Assembly (NCBI GenBank): GCA_976551045.1
Contig: CDPCPM010000275.1
Span: 3,534,001 to 3,598,000, forward strand
Source of the DNA: Glaucostegus cemiculus
Lineage: Eukaryota
Reading direction: 5' to 3'
DNA length: 64,000 bases
The translations under genes and the position numbers were made by a program. A model generated the notes under the pieces. It was not told the origin of the DNA, did no database searches, and was given only the letters and a program-made list of their open reading frames with translations. Position 1 is the first letter of the stretch, and each line of letters opens with the position of its first letter. Shown here piece after piece: positions 12,390 through 25,300 of this stretch.

Positions 12390-12545
12390 AAAATTGTATT
12401 TCAACCAAGTCTCCAATAAGTTTGGTCTGTGGTGTGGGGATTCGATAGAGCCTCTAGTGTAAAGTCTTGGATGTCTGGATTGGAGCAACTGGCTTGTAAT
12501 TATCCTGCTTTATTTGTAGCTATCACCACTCTACCCACTACCTGG
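12390..12545 (-). mobile_element. Ancient tRNA-headed SINE fragment
   Basis: ggtgtggggattcgat...tctggatt...accactctaccc resembles a reverse-complemented B box/A box head. Related fragment at 48500-48630. Confidence 0.4.
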
Positions 12546-13349
12546 CCTCAGTTGGTGAAAGGGATTAAAATTTGTTCATAGTTTATAAGAGTTAAATTGA
12601 GTAGCTTAGAAAAGTAGAGTGAAACAATGGTGGTGTCTTCAATTGTTTTCTAAATGCTAACAACTGTGTTGAATTGCTGGTTTCCAACCCCACATCTATG
12701 TCAGTTCTCATAGGATGGCTCTGGGCATACTGCCTCATGCTAGAGGCTACTGTTGGGATAAGTGCAGGCTGACAATTCTATTCCACAGGCAGAGGTTTCT
12801 TGAGCAAAAACTGTACATCTCTGGGTTATTTACATCCTGTTCCTATATGACCTGAGAAGACATAAGCAGTTAGGTTAATATCTCTGCCACCCAGATTCTT
12901 CATTCTCAAGAAATGGTGATGCAACTTCTTTTTAATGAAGCCAATTGACCTCAAATCAATTTAAGGTCATTTTGTACACCACACCAGTAACTGCTATTCA
13001 GGATAATGCACTTTGTCCTATCCCCTGTTGTTTCCTGTTTCTTTTTATGATTAAATATGATTGTTGGCTTTATATCTACTGTATGTTAATACCTTGCTCT
13101 TTAAATCAATGTTCAGATCATTAGTTTTTTGTTACATCTATTGAAATGAGCAAATGTCATAGTACTGAACCATGGAGAGTACTATTCAGTTCAGTCTGAA
13201 AAACATCTGTTCAGTCTAAAAAGCATCCATTGACTGTTGCTCTGCTTTCACTCCTTTTAAACAGATTCTTGTGCATCCAAAATCCTTTGCATTTCTATTA
13301 GTAATTTTCATTCAGGTCCAGTAACAACTTGTAGTTTTCAACTCTTCCA

Positions 13350-14200
13350 TCGTATTGAAACATCTGAAAGCACTTAACAAAAATTTGACACCAAGCCACA
13401 GAAAAATCAGGTTTGATGACTAAACACTTAGTCAAAGAGTCAGGTTTGAAGGAGAAGATATAAGGTTTTAAGGAGAAAATTTCAGAGTTATATGCTGAAG
13501 AACACAGAAAGCATGGTGGTTAGTGATGGAGTGATTAAAATCAAGGATTTGTGAGTCAGAAACTGAGGACAGATCCAGAAGTCAGAACCTGAGGAGGACA
13601 GATCCAGAAGTGTTGTAGGGCTAAATATAAAAGTGATCGTTATCAGGGTGGGAGCCATTACAAGATGTAATAGATAATTGAGATTTGGAGCAAGTTAAGA
13701 TACAAGCAGCAACAGTTTTACCTGAATGTAAGTTTATATGTACTAGTAAACATGTGGAGACGCAGGATAGTTTTGGAGTAGTCAAGGACAGGAATAGCAA
13801 AGGTACCAGTGAGGTATGGATGAAAATTTTATTCCACACAGCATCAAAGTTGTAAGCAAACTGGCTCAGCTTCAGGCTATTTCTAGGGTTGGAAATAGTT
13901 GCCATGGAGCTGTATTTATGATATGTACCAAAGACAATGGCTTCAATCTTCCCTGTATTTATTTGAAGGAAAGTTCTAGTCATCCAATATAAGATGTCCG
14001 ACAAAATATATGACGTGTTTGAGGCAGGGGAATGGAGCAGAGATGTAGCAGTAAGATAGTGCTCGGTATTATTGGTATACATGTTCAGTTTGTTATGACT
14101 ATGAACCATATTGAATAGAGATAGCATGTAAATGAGAAATTGAAGGGTGCTTTTGAGTGTAATGTACAGTGGTAATGAAGCAGGAATGGGAAGAGAAGAT
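13350..14200 (-). mobile_element. Decayed L2-clade LINE, RT C-terminus to 3' end
   Basis: ORF 13621-14127 contains LSDILYWMTRTFLQINTGKIEAIVFG (L2 motif WM..NFLQLN..KTEA..F). Confidence 0.75.
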
Positions 14201-14297
14201 CTGGGAATGGTGGGTTCTGGGAATTAAATTAAGTTTATAATTTGGAACAACATCTAGTATTAGTAATAATAGTCATGAAAATACTGGATTGTGCTTA

Positions 14298-14620
14298 GGC
14301 CAGTACAGTAGTGTGCTGCTGACTCAAAGCTCTGAAGATCCAAGTTCGCTCATGATCTTAGGTACTGTTTGTATGAAGTAAGCACATTCTCCCTGTGATC
14401 GCAAGGATTTTCTCCCACATACCAAAGATGTGCCAGTTGGTAGGGTAGTTGATCACTGTAAATTGTCCCTTGTGTTGGTAGATAGCAGGAGAATGGAGTG
14501 GGGGAGGGTGTGATGGTTAGGGGGAGAGTTGATGTGGATGTGAGAAGAATAATGGGATCGGTGTAGGATTACTGTAGATGAGTGCTTGACATGGTGGTCC
14601 TGTTATACAACTCTGACTCA
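14298..14620 (+). mobile_element. Old V-SINE (HE1-like)
   Basis: gcacattctccctgtga...ctcccacataccaaagatgtg...gtaaattgtccct matches the V-domain seen in the copy at 41630. Confidence 0.75.
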
Positions 14621-17600
14621 TTGCAGATAATTCAGCTTGTGATTCAATGTATAAGAATCAGCCCAAGCCAGAGAAGTCCCACCATCTGAGTCATAGAATA
14701 ATGGAGTAGATAGACACAGATTTGGAAGGTAACAATGCTTTTAAAGACATTGGATAGGAAATAGATTATTGACAAGAGGTAATGATTTGCAAGGAATATG
14801 TTGTTAAGGTTTTTTTGAGCTAGGAAAAGGATGATGACAGCAGATTTTAAATTGGGTAGAAGGATGATACTTGAGGAAAAACAAAACATTTACGTTGTCA
14901 TCAACATTGGATTCAGCTAGTGAAGTGGGTTTCATGTGAGACTGGTGTTGTGTAATATGATCTTGGAGAAAGGAAGATGCTTTAGAATCTTAAAAGAGAC
15001 ACATTTTCAAGACTAGGGGAGAGGAACATCGTTATGATCTTTGACTATTGACTTTGTTAATATTGATTTTGAGCCTGTTTGTTAATAGCAATGCTTTGGG
15101 ACAGCTGAGGAAATGAAAATTCATCCTTCCAATTTTCTGCTTATTGCCCAAGTGTAGCAGTTTGTTCAACTGTTGCAATTGTAAAGGTCTGTATAAGATA
15201 ATGTGCTTGCTTTACCTTTGCACTGTTTATCAATCATCCAACATTTGCATCTCTGCTGGGAATTCTGAGTAGATGACATGTTTGTGCACTGTACTAAATT
15301 ATAGCAATTTTTATTTAGGCAATGCGTTTAAGCCTATCCTTTGCCACCAAAATCTGATTATGATGGTCCGTTGCAAAAGTTACTGGTTTGTGTCAGGGTT
15401 GATGAAAAATCAGGCTTTTTTCAGTGTTTTATTACAACGATTGCATTGACTAATGGCTGAAATATGATTTTTCCCAATGTTTGCTCAACAACTTTAATTA
15501 AATCATATTATTAGCAATTATATTTTAAAAATGAATGATCCATTAATTTTGTAGCAATTCATAAATGATCCATTATTTTTGAAAAGTGGAAAATCAATCC
15601 TATGATAGATTTCTTGTTATGGAGATAACTGAGTAATTAGTGGAAAACAGAATCTAAATGCTGAAAGTTTCTTGCCTATATACTTGATAATTGGATGTTT
15701 TGAATTACTGTGAAGTTTATAGTTTGACATCCACAGTATGTGATGGAAAGGGAGTTCAGGGTAGGAGGGATAACGAGCTCAGAATTTACCAGAATACAGT
15801 AATCTCACACACAGGTGTTGATTCATCATTTTGCCTTGGGCAAGAGCTCAGACATGCAGCTGTTCTGTGCATTCTGGCAGCATGACACAATCATAAGCAA
15901 AGAGTATTTCCTATTGCTGTATTTCTTTATGTGCGGCAGGATCCAGGTGTCTTTCATTTAATAAAAAACGACAGCTCTAGAGGCACCAAAATTCACTGCT
16001 AACGTAAAGTTTATACCTTGCAGCTGCAATGTTGCCATTCAATGAAAGCCATTTTTTTGATCAACCTATTATTTTTCTTAATTTCTCCTTGTGTTACCTG
16101 ATTTGTTTTGGGTCTCTTTCTAGAACAGTTTAAAACTGTCACTGGCATACAATTTGAAAGATTTTCTGTAGTTCAGCACTGGTGCATGCCTTACTTAGAT
16201 CTGCACTTAGTGTTGCTGACATTGTACAGAGTTATCAGATTGACAATACGGTTAATTGCATGATGCACAATCCAGCTCCTCACTCTGGCATTCACATTCC
16301 CACATTCCTTTTGTTTTAAAGAAGGATGTTCAACTGTGTCATTTCACACAAGTCTGATACTTACTCCATTTATAAAACAAAAATATATCTTCATTTGACA
16401 ATTTTACAATTCTGATAGCCTCATGTGTAAACTAGAATTTTGAGGAAAAGAAATGAAAATCTGTTGTTACTCTGAACTGATAAGCTAAGGGGCAGGATGG
16501 AGCCATGTTATCATATGCAAATGGTCAGTTGTCAACATTATTAATCTTTTTTATGAAGTATTTACATACAATATTAAAACCCATGTCAGTATAAAATCAG
16601 AGGAATTTGTTACTATGTGAGCTTCTCCAGGAAATTCTTTATAATGGGGGTTGAGTTGATCATCCCAGTCACAGTCTTATATAAACAGATGTGCATCACA
16701 GAACAGCTTCAGATAATCTCTTTTATTCCCAGGGTTAAAAACGCCATGCAAATGGGCATTTATAATCAGCAAACTTGCAATAAAAGCTTGTAAATTCTTG
16801 GAATGGTAGTGCAGTGGAAAAATGAGAGTACACACAAAGGACCTGGGTGTTTTCTACTGCGCAATTGAAACTTTGACACCCTGCTTAAAATATATGTGTA
16901 TTTTGTTACATATTTATCAGATTTTTAAGGCTGAATTATTTAAAGTATTTATATTGTTCTTTTAGTTTCATTAGACTGAATGCAATTACCAGTGGAAATG
17001 TCTCCACAGCACAGATCTGCTCTCATTCCTCACTATTGCTTGAGTCTGATTCCAGAATAGAGATAAAAATGGAAGTGTCAACATGTAGTAGGCAGTTATT
17101 TTGAGGTTTTGTTTTTCTTAAGTCTGGGCTTATTTTATTGCTTTACTGTATCTGACTTCAGACCATTTTAATGCCGATGTTCGGTCATAAGTATGAAAAT
17201 TTGTCATTCCCAAGAGAATGTCCCTGGTTTGGTTTGTTCTGTCTTGTCCCAAATTTTTCAACATAATGTGTGAATATAAAGTAAAAATGTGTTGTGTTTG
17301 ATTTAAACTTAAGCGAAAGAAACATAGCTTGGTTTTATTTTTATTCAGCATTTTGTTCAACTCTGACTTCCCTAATCTAAACTGTGGCTGACATTGTACT
17401 CTGGATGACATAAAATGTCTTCCCTTTCCCAGCTCCACCTGGTGGCAGAGCATCTAGTGTTTGCAGATCTTGTATTCTGGAACATTTGCTCTCTACACAT
17501 TTTGAAAAGTTTGTTTCAAAACCTACTTCTTCTCTGATTCTTGTGCTACCACCATTTCCATCAGTTTTTGCCTTTGTAAGGAAGTTAGGGCATTAGCATT

Positions 17601-20078
17601 GTTTAAAAATTCCACATAAATGCAAGTGGTTTTTGTTCTTGATTGTACAACTTCCAGAAATCTCACACTCAAAGCCTTAACCAGTTATATCCTCGGCAGA
17701 TTGCCGTTGAATTTTGAGTGACCTTCTATGTAAAAAAAATCTCCATTTAAAGAGTTGGGAAATAAAACTCTGCTAAACATTACATCATCAAGGATAAGTG
17801 AGTTAATTTGTTTAAGAACATGTTTTTTTAAATTGCCAAACACATTTTAGGACCATAGTGTGGAAAAAGTGACACTTTCCATTCTAACACTTCGGAAATG
17901 CTCCTCCCTACCACAGCCACTCTCTCCACTACCACCTCACCCCTACATAGAAAGAGAAGCTTTTTAAAAAAGGGGATTTATTACAGGGATGCACCATATT
18001 CTGAATCAAACATTTTGACTAGTAAATCCTTTGTGAATCCAAGCATTGAGCCTTACATTCTGTTTGACCATATGCACTATCATAGTTGACCCCAATACTG
18101 TTTTCACACTAAATATGCAGAAAGGTGTGCTTTCCAGTGCAGCCAATTAACTTCAAATAGCAAGTGGAAAATATGTGACTTTTTTCCCTTTTTCTCAGAA
18201 CAATAAGGTTAACTATAGTGTTCCAATTAGTATCTTATCTGAGAACAACAAACCACAAATAGAATAGGAAACAGACCTGAGGAATTATAATTTTGGTGTG
18301 ATGGCTTAGCAGTGGGTTGTGCTTTTACCCAGTGGGGGGTTTTGGAGGAAATCTGCACATTACTCTTAACATAGTGTTTTTATAATTGTGTTACAATATG
18401 TGGTTTTACTTCCCATGGCCTACAGCTAAGGTATGTTTGCATGATTTGAATACAGTAAAAAAAAATTTAAAATTCTAGTGCACTATAAAAAACTATAAAT
18501 TTGTTGAACTTCAAGCTGATTTATAGATTATTCTTTTCTATTTATTGGTTATATTGTGCTTTCAACAATTAATGAGTTTCATCTGCTTTTTTTAAAGAAA
18601 AATTCCATGCTCTAATTAAGAAAGAGTAAAATCAAGTCATTTTTCCCAGAGCTCAGGCGTCCCATCTGAGATCACCCATCCTTGATAACAACCAGGTGGC
18701 TCTACATATTCCAGACAGCCTGTTAACCCCTGTTGTGATCAAAGCATAGGCTTTCCAGAGATCAGGGGCATCTCTCTCCTATCCCATTGATAGCTGAGTT
18801 AATATGATGTAAAAGGTACATAAAACCCAATAGTACCCAGACTCCTATTTTCCTTGATACTGTTGGGCTAGCCATTTAACCAGACATTATGCAACTTCTT
18901 AAGAAAGTAAAAACTGCTTCCTCTATGTTTCATCAGATGTGTGTTTTGCTAGAGGATAAAATATTCTACATTAACTTACCGATTAGTATTGAATCCTTCA
19001 AAATTTCTGGAAGCTTAGAAGTGTTTAATTGTGTAGGTTTATGTAGTCCTAATTCCTATGAATAGAAAATAGATGCATATATAAAACAGTGTAGATATTA
19101 GAGACTGAATAGTGTAGATATTAGAAATAAAACTGATTCAGCAAAATATCCTGCATAGTAATTATTGTTGCAAATTTACTCCCTCTTTGGCACAAGTATT
19201 CAAGATCCATACTGATATTCCAATAGGAATTCACTTATTTTCAAGGGGTTACCACTAGTGGTGATATTGCTCAGAAATTGTATTAAAATAGTACTGCAGT
19301 AGGATATTGATATTAATATTGTGCTAAGATTTCTTCCACTTTGCATCCATGATTTATACTGGTATGAAGCATGAGACAGAAACTTGTTGGAACTGCATGG
19401 TCAGTGCAACTGTGAATCCTCTTCATTTTAAGTTTGTTTTTTTTTACCTCCAATGATTTGAAGTAATAAATTGGTTCTTTTTCATGATCCAGTTAGAGAA
19501 TCCCAACTTGGAAAGATCTGATCTGAACTGAACCTATCTATACCAGCTTATATCTGTCACACTTCAAGGATCAAATTTTCAAATATTATACGAACAAGAG
19601 GCTCAGCTGGCCTTTTTACTCCAAGTAATGGTACCTTGAACCTAAAGAGACACCATAAACTGTGCTACACCCAGAAAAAAATCCATGTTAAATCCTGAAA
19701 TCCTCCTTCAGAAACAGTATAAACTCTGACCAATAGTGAGTAACAAAAGTGAACTGGAAGAAGTCAAAGTGGCCTGCTGCCATTGCTGTACCCTTCTTAA
19801 ATCATCATCGTAGCACTCTAGATGAATTTGTCATCCTCTTACTGACTAAAATTGAAATGCAGATAATTTTAAATAGAATGAAGGGTCCCTTTGGAAAAAA
19901 GTAAAAGCTTCTCTTATTTCCATACAGGTTGAGACAAGCTCCACTATTATTAAACACTGTCAAAACATTCAGATCAACAGGCATCAGGGCATCATTGCTT
20001 TTGATGTTGATCAGAGAAGTGATTCTGGTTTGTGAATTGAAAGGTTATTTGATGGCTTAATGTGCTTCTGCTTAACAG

Positions 20079-20239
20079 TTAGAAGAGCTAATGGCCACTC
20101 TGGAGAAGACCAAGCAGGAACTAGATTCCACTAAGGTCAGGCTGACCTCAACTCAGCAGTCTCTTGCTGAGCGGGAGGCACACCTTGCCAATCTGAGAAT
20201 AGAGCGGAGAAAACAGCTGGAAGAAGTGCTAGAGATGAA
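20079..20239 (+). CDS. ERC2: Internal coding exon (161 nt, phase 0/2) of ERC2/CAST
   Basis: Acceptor tgcttctgcttaacag|TTA, donor ATGAA|gtaagt. Translates LEELMATLEKTKQELDSTKVRLTSTQQSLAEREAHLANLRIERRKQLEEVLEM(K). HLANLRIERRKQLEE and LEKT.QELD resemble recalled ERC2 rather than ERC1 (HLTNLRAERRKHLEE). Not in the ORF track. Confidence 0.93.
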
Positions 20240-20519
20240 GTAAGTACTTGCTGGAAAATTGTTATAATCTCTTACAGATCTTATGTAAAAAAAAAGTTAT
20301 ATAGTTTTAAATCTGAAACTGAGAGATTGTTACTTGAACAAATATTGCATAATTTTATTTTGCTATTAACAATTAATAGTGCCATCACTGGGAACACACT
20401 GAGATTTTTAAAACTAAGGTTGACACCATCTGTTCAGCTGACCCTGGCACTTTCCTCCTTTTTCTTTGTTTTCTACTTGCATCTTTTTTCTAACTGCTCT
20501 TTAATCTTCCCTTAATCTC

Positions 20520-21865
20520 TCTTGAACACTACCTTCTCCGTGAGATTCACCTCTAACTCCCTTGATGTTGTTTGTGAACTTCACCTCCCAATAAACTGCC
20601 TATTCACCCTAACTTCCTTCCTGTCCCCCAGTTTAGTTGGTGCTGTAAAAGCTGTTCCCTCCTCTTCAAATCTGCCATCATCACCCCACTCTTCAAAAAC
20701 ATCTGTTGACCCCTATAACCTTGCAAACAAATCCTACCCTCCTCCAAACCCTAACGCGCCCGCCCCTACCCCCACCCATCAATCTCTAACCTTCCTTTTC
20801 TCTTCGTCCTTGCATGTGTTCTTATCTCCTAAGTCTCAGGCTGTCGCAGGATTACAAAAAATGGACACACAGCAACGGGCCATTTGTCCCAATTTGTCCA
20901 TTCTAGCATTTTCCACTCCGTATTGTTTGAAGCCGTCTAATCAGGATTCTCCTTCATCTTTTCAAGTCCTTCATCCAACTGTGTGGCTAGCTCCATTTTT
21001 TTTAATGTCATGTAATAGATGGATGATCACCTGCAGTGCCTACTTTACTGATTTTACCCTCCCCCCTCCCCCACCTTACCATTAATATCCGGGTCCCCTT
21101 CTTTCATCTATTTGTTACTCCTTTATCCGTTAAAAGCACATTGCTTCTTCCTCACGTACACAAATGCCAGCCAGCTCAACATACTACCACTTCACAGCCC
21201 ATCTGTTGCTTCTGTTTCATGCCACCTATACATTGTATGGTTCTACATAGTCCCCAGTCCAATCTTCCTTGATGGTCTGCTCCCAGTATTCTGCACAGGT
21301 CACTGCTTCTGATGTTAATGTGGCCAAATCCTGTGACATATTGGTTAGGCAGAACTAAGCATAGGAAAGGCATACAAGCATTTTTTTGTTGTCTGACCTC
21401 AGCTCATCTACTGCTTCAGTGCTCTCCTAGTCATCCTTCTACCCACCATGAGTCTCAGCTCATCAGGACACTTATCCTGTTCACCCATTACTGCTGTGCT
21501 CACCAACTTACTTTGGCTCTTGATACAGCAGTGTTTCAATTTTAATATTATTGTTGTTTTCAAATACTTCATCGCCTTACCTCTTGCTATTTTTGCAATC
21601 TCCACCTGTACTAGAACTCTCTGAGATCTCTGCAGTTTAACTGAGCTTTTCAAACATCCCATCATTGGCCATTGCTTCAGCTACCTAGATGATAAAGCTT
21701 TGGAACTCTCTTGCTAAAGTCCTCTCTTTAAAACCTACCTTTTTGACAAGCTTTTTGTTAGTTGTATGAATATTTCCTTATTTAGCTTGGTGACAAATTT
21801 TGTTCAAAGACATTCCTGTTAAGTGCCTTAGGACATTTTGCTTTGCTAAAGGTATTATGAGTGCA
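20520..21865 (+). mobile_element. Decayed L2-clade LINE
   Basis: Pyrimidine/C-rich L2 composition. 3' portion (tttaatattattgttgttttcaaat...ctctttaaaacctacctttttgac) is related to 52600-53105 and antisense to 13350-13620. Confidence 0.6.
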
Positions 21866-22279
21866 ATTTATGATTTTCTATCAGTTGTATTGGTGCATTG
21901 GTTGAAATACTCTCAAATGCATGATAGTTAGTGTTTAATACACTGTAAAAGTTGCTACTTCTGTTCATGGAATTGTGGCTGGAACAGCCATGAAGAGCAG
22001 TACACCGAATGTATGAGATGAGTAAGTTGACTGCTGTTAGATTCAGTGCAGTTTAGTAGCTAGCTTAGTTGGTGATGGAGTTGGAACACATGGTAAAAAA
22101 TGAAATGATTGTGAAGTAAACTGCCTTGGTCACACAGACTTGGCTACAATGACAAAGCAAATGTGTGTTATCAGGCTTTTTATTAAGGTGTATTGTCTTC
22201 AGCAACTGCTACAATATTGAAAAATTTCTTTGCAGGTGTTCTCAAAAACACAAATTGAAAATTATTGCTATTGTGCAGG

Positions 22280-22307
<28 letters not shown>
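22280..22307. repeat. Poly-C homopolymer (28 nt)
   Basis: Read directly from the sequence. Confidence 0.97.
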
Positions 22308-22310
<3 letters not shown>

Positions 22311-25300
22311 TATGGCCATTTGGATAATGGAATTTCGCCATGATAGAATTCACAAATCACTACCTAAAATTTGAGATGCAGAATAAAATTCACTTGTGGA
22401 ATTTGTGCGATTAAAAAGTAATTAAACAAACACAATTTTTTTTCAACTTTTGTTTCTTGGGGATCACCTATAGGTCAAATTGATTAGTCCTCCTATTATA
22501 AAACTGCATGAGTAGCCAATGACTATGTGAAACTTGATCAGCTGTCACTCCAGTGTCATCAACCAACCAGTCTTTTAGTGGAATGGAATTGTATGAGTTT
22601 TGATGGTCATTGTATTGGATGTGTTTCAAATTATTTGGTCATTAAAGGTGAAAATCATGTACTCGCTAATTCCCCTTTGCTGCTTAAAGTCTGAACACTC
22701 GGTGGGAGTGTGGAACAAGGTTTCAAGCTTCTTAAAATTGATTGGCTGTTACTAATTGCCAGTGGAGTTTTCACCTATTTAATATTGAAGGTTTGTAATT
22801 TGTAGAATTTGTTAGTAAAGCAAGCATAACAGATTAAGACTGTTAAGAATTCCACATTAGCTACAAAATCAGTATAAATTAACAATACTTCCTTATATTG
22901 GTTTCAGCTATTAATGAATTCTGAGTCTTTTGTGACTGAGAAGTCTAATGTAAAAAGATTGCTTTGGCAAAGTAGTACACAAACCTAAAATACATACTTA
23001 TGACAAAATTATATTGCACTATTGGTCACAGATGTATGCACACAGTTTCTCTCCCCAGTCAGCAATTTTTAATTTTATTTATTCCTTTGCGAGCACAGGT
23101 GGAAGTAGCCAGACTTCCTTATTATTGAAAAGGCTTTGCAGTAAGCTAATAAAGTACACAGAAGGTGGATAGACTGTCTGAGTATTTTTAAAAATGTGGT
23201 TTAACACCCAATTTGGTTTCAATGTATTCCAAGTTGGAATAAATGATTGAGAATAAATTCCCTGCTGATCTGAAAGTAACAGAAGATAATATACGTTTGT
23301 CTTACTAATAAAGGTGTGGAAGAAATCAATGTACTATAAATGTCTAATTAACAGCAGTTATTCATTTTATTTAGCTGGTTTTAAATCAATATTCTTCCAT
23401 TATTATCTCATTGCTAAAGAATTAATTAAGCTGTCTAGCAGATGTTGAAATTCTGCATTTTAAATATAATTTGTAGGGCCTTGCCTGTGTGCAGTGTTGC
23501 AACTTCTATAAAATAAGGCCTGCAGTGAGCTGGGTGATCCTATCTGCTCTTGCTTCCAGGGACTCTGGCCTTCCTCTCTGCAACTCACAGGGTTTATGGA
23601 CTGCTCACCCAATCTTAGACTTCAGACTTGCTCCTTTTTGCAATAGAACACATGGACCAAGCCAATAATGTCCCTGGATCAGAGCAGTGAGAGTGAGGAA
23701 ACATGTTTTGGGAAAAAAACCTAACAGTTTTAAAGGTAAAACACTCCACTGACATGGTTTAAATGCCAAAGTGCAGTTCTGCCTGCCCAGAAACAAATAT
23801 GTTTGCAAGTGAAGACAATTAACAAAATTAAGTATTATTTTTGTCACAATTTTGTTTTTGTTTGCAACTCAACCAGAGTTTTTGAACTTCATCTCACAAT
23901 TTAGGTAGGGCCTTAATTACATATTCTAAAAAGGCAATAGGGAACTCTGATACAGATTCCTTCCAATTCACTTATACACAAGGGACTTCATTAGAGTAGC
24001 ATTACATTTTTACAGAATGCTGTCTTCCCAGTCAAATGTTCATTTGTGCTTGCTACCTCTGGTATGCTTTATTATTATCATGTCTGGCTATCAGAACAGG
24101 GTATAGGGAATGTTACACTCACCCAGTTCCAAGTCATTGTTATATTTTCCCAAAACATCTCTATACTTTCCTGTAAACTATCAAAAGCTATGAATGCAGC
24201 CTGTAAAAGGAAATATTTGCAATTGGGCTATTTTGTGGTATAAAAAATGTCATCTGTTTTTTTTTGCCAGTTCATTTATAAGGCCATCTGCAGCCCAATT
24301 GCTTTTGCAATTTGAAGTGCTTACATTAGCTATGACTGGAATGATCCAGACCAGCATATGTATTTGTCCTTGTGCAAATAAGTTTTCAATAGAGTTTTTC
24401 TGTTCACATATGAATTGCTGCCTGATTTGGGAGTCAGGGCATCATACTGGGAGCAATGTGTGCCCAGCAATGCTCTTAAGAATGTTGGGTTGTGCTTTGT
24501 GAGCTAAATTGGAGTTCAAATCTACCTGGGATGTTTGACTTTGGCACAGTTTAGATTCTTGAAACTCTCTTCCAGCCTGTGTTATTCCCAGTCCACGTTC
24601 TAATCCTTTTCAATAAATGTTCATTTACTGTGCTTTGACAACCCACAGATGCAAATATTTTGCACTGACCTGCACACAAATTGATGGACATGGTGAATGT
24701 TAATCCTAACTTGACCCACCAGGTGGTGTACTTAAGAGATGCCTTTCTTCTTCAAATACATTTTCTTTCTCCTCACCTATAATACCAGCAATGTGATTAA
24801 GAAGTTCCTTCTAAAGAACTACTAAGAATAAAACTAATTTGAAATTTGAGTATTGTTAATATTGTAGCAACACCTGCATTATGGCCCATATTATGATTTT
24901 CTGCAACACAAAGCCGGTTCATCTTTGCATGCATCAAGAAACACATGATAAAAATAATTTTGTATTTATTTATTTACTTTTTTTTCCATGAATTCTATGA
25001 GTGAATTTTATTCCAGACCTCAGATTTTTGGGCAATGATTTGTGAATTCTCTAAGGGTGAATTTCCATTACCTGAAGGAATACAGGTGATTAATGCAGGG
25101 ATTGCCTGTATTCAGCACTTTTAGAAGACCTGATAAAGTTGTGAAAAAGAACACAGGACTGTATTGTTAGGAAGCAGAAGTTAAGGAAAATGCATAAATA
25201 TTAGTGCAGTGATTGGAGGTCTGTTGTACAAAGCAGCTGTTTAAAAAAAAATAAAAATCATGAATTGCATCATCTTGAGAAGAATTGTGAAGCTACATAG

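Noticed and set aside
20522-21085. 187-aa Pro/Ser-rich ORF as an alternative terminal exon
   Set aside because: It lies in a decayed C-rich L2 element, where low stop-codon density is compositional. No splice support.
22165-22374. Poly-proline ORF
   Set aside because: Artefact of the C28 homopolymer.
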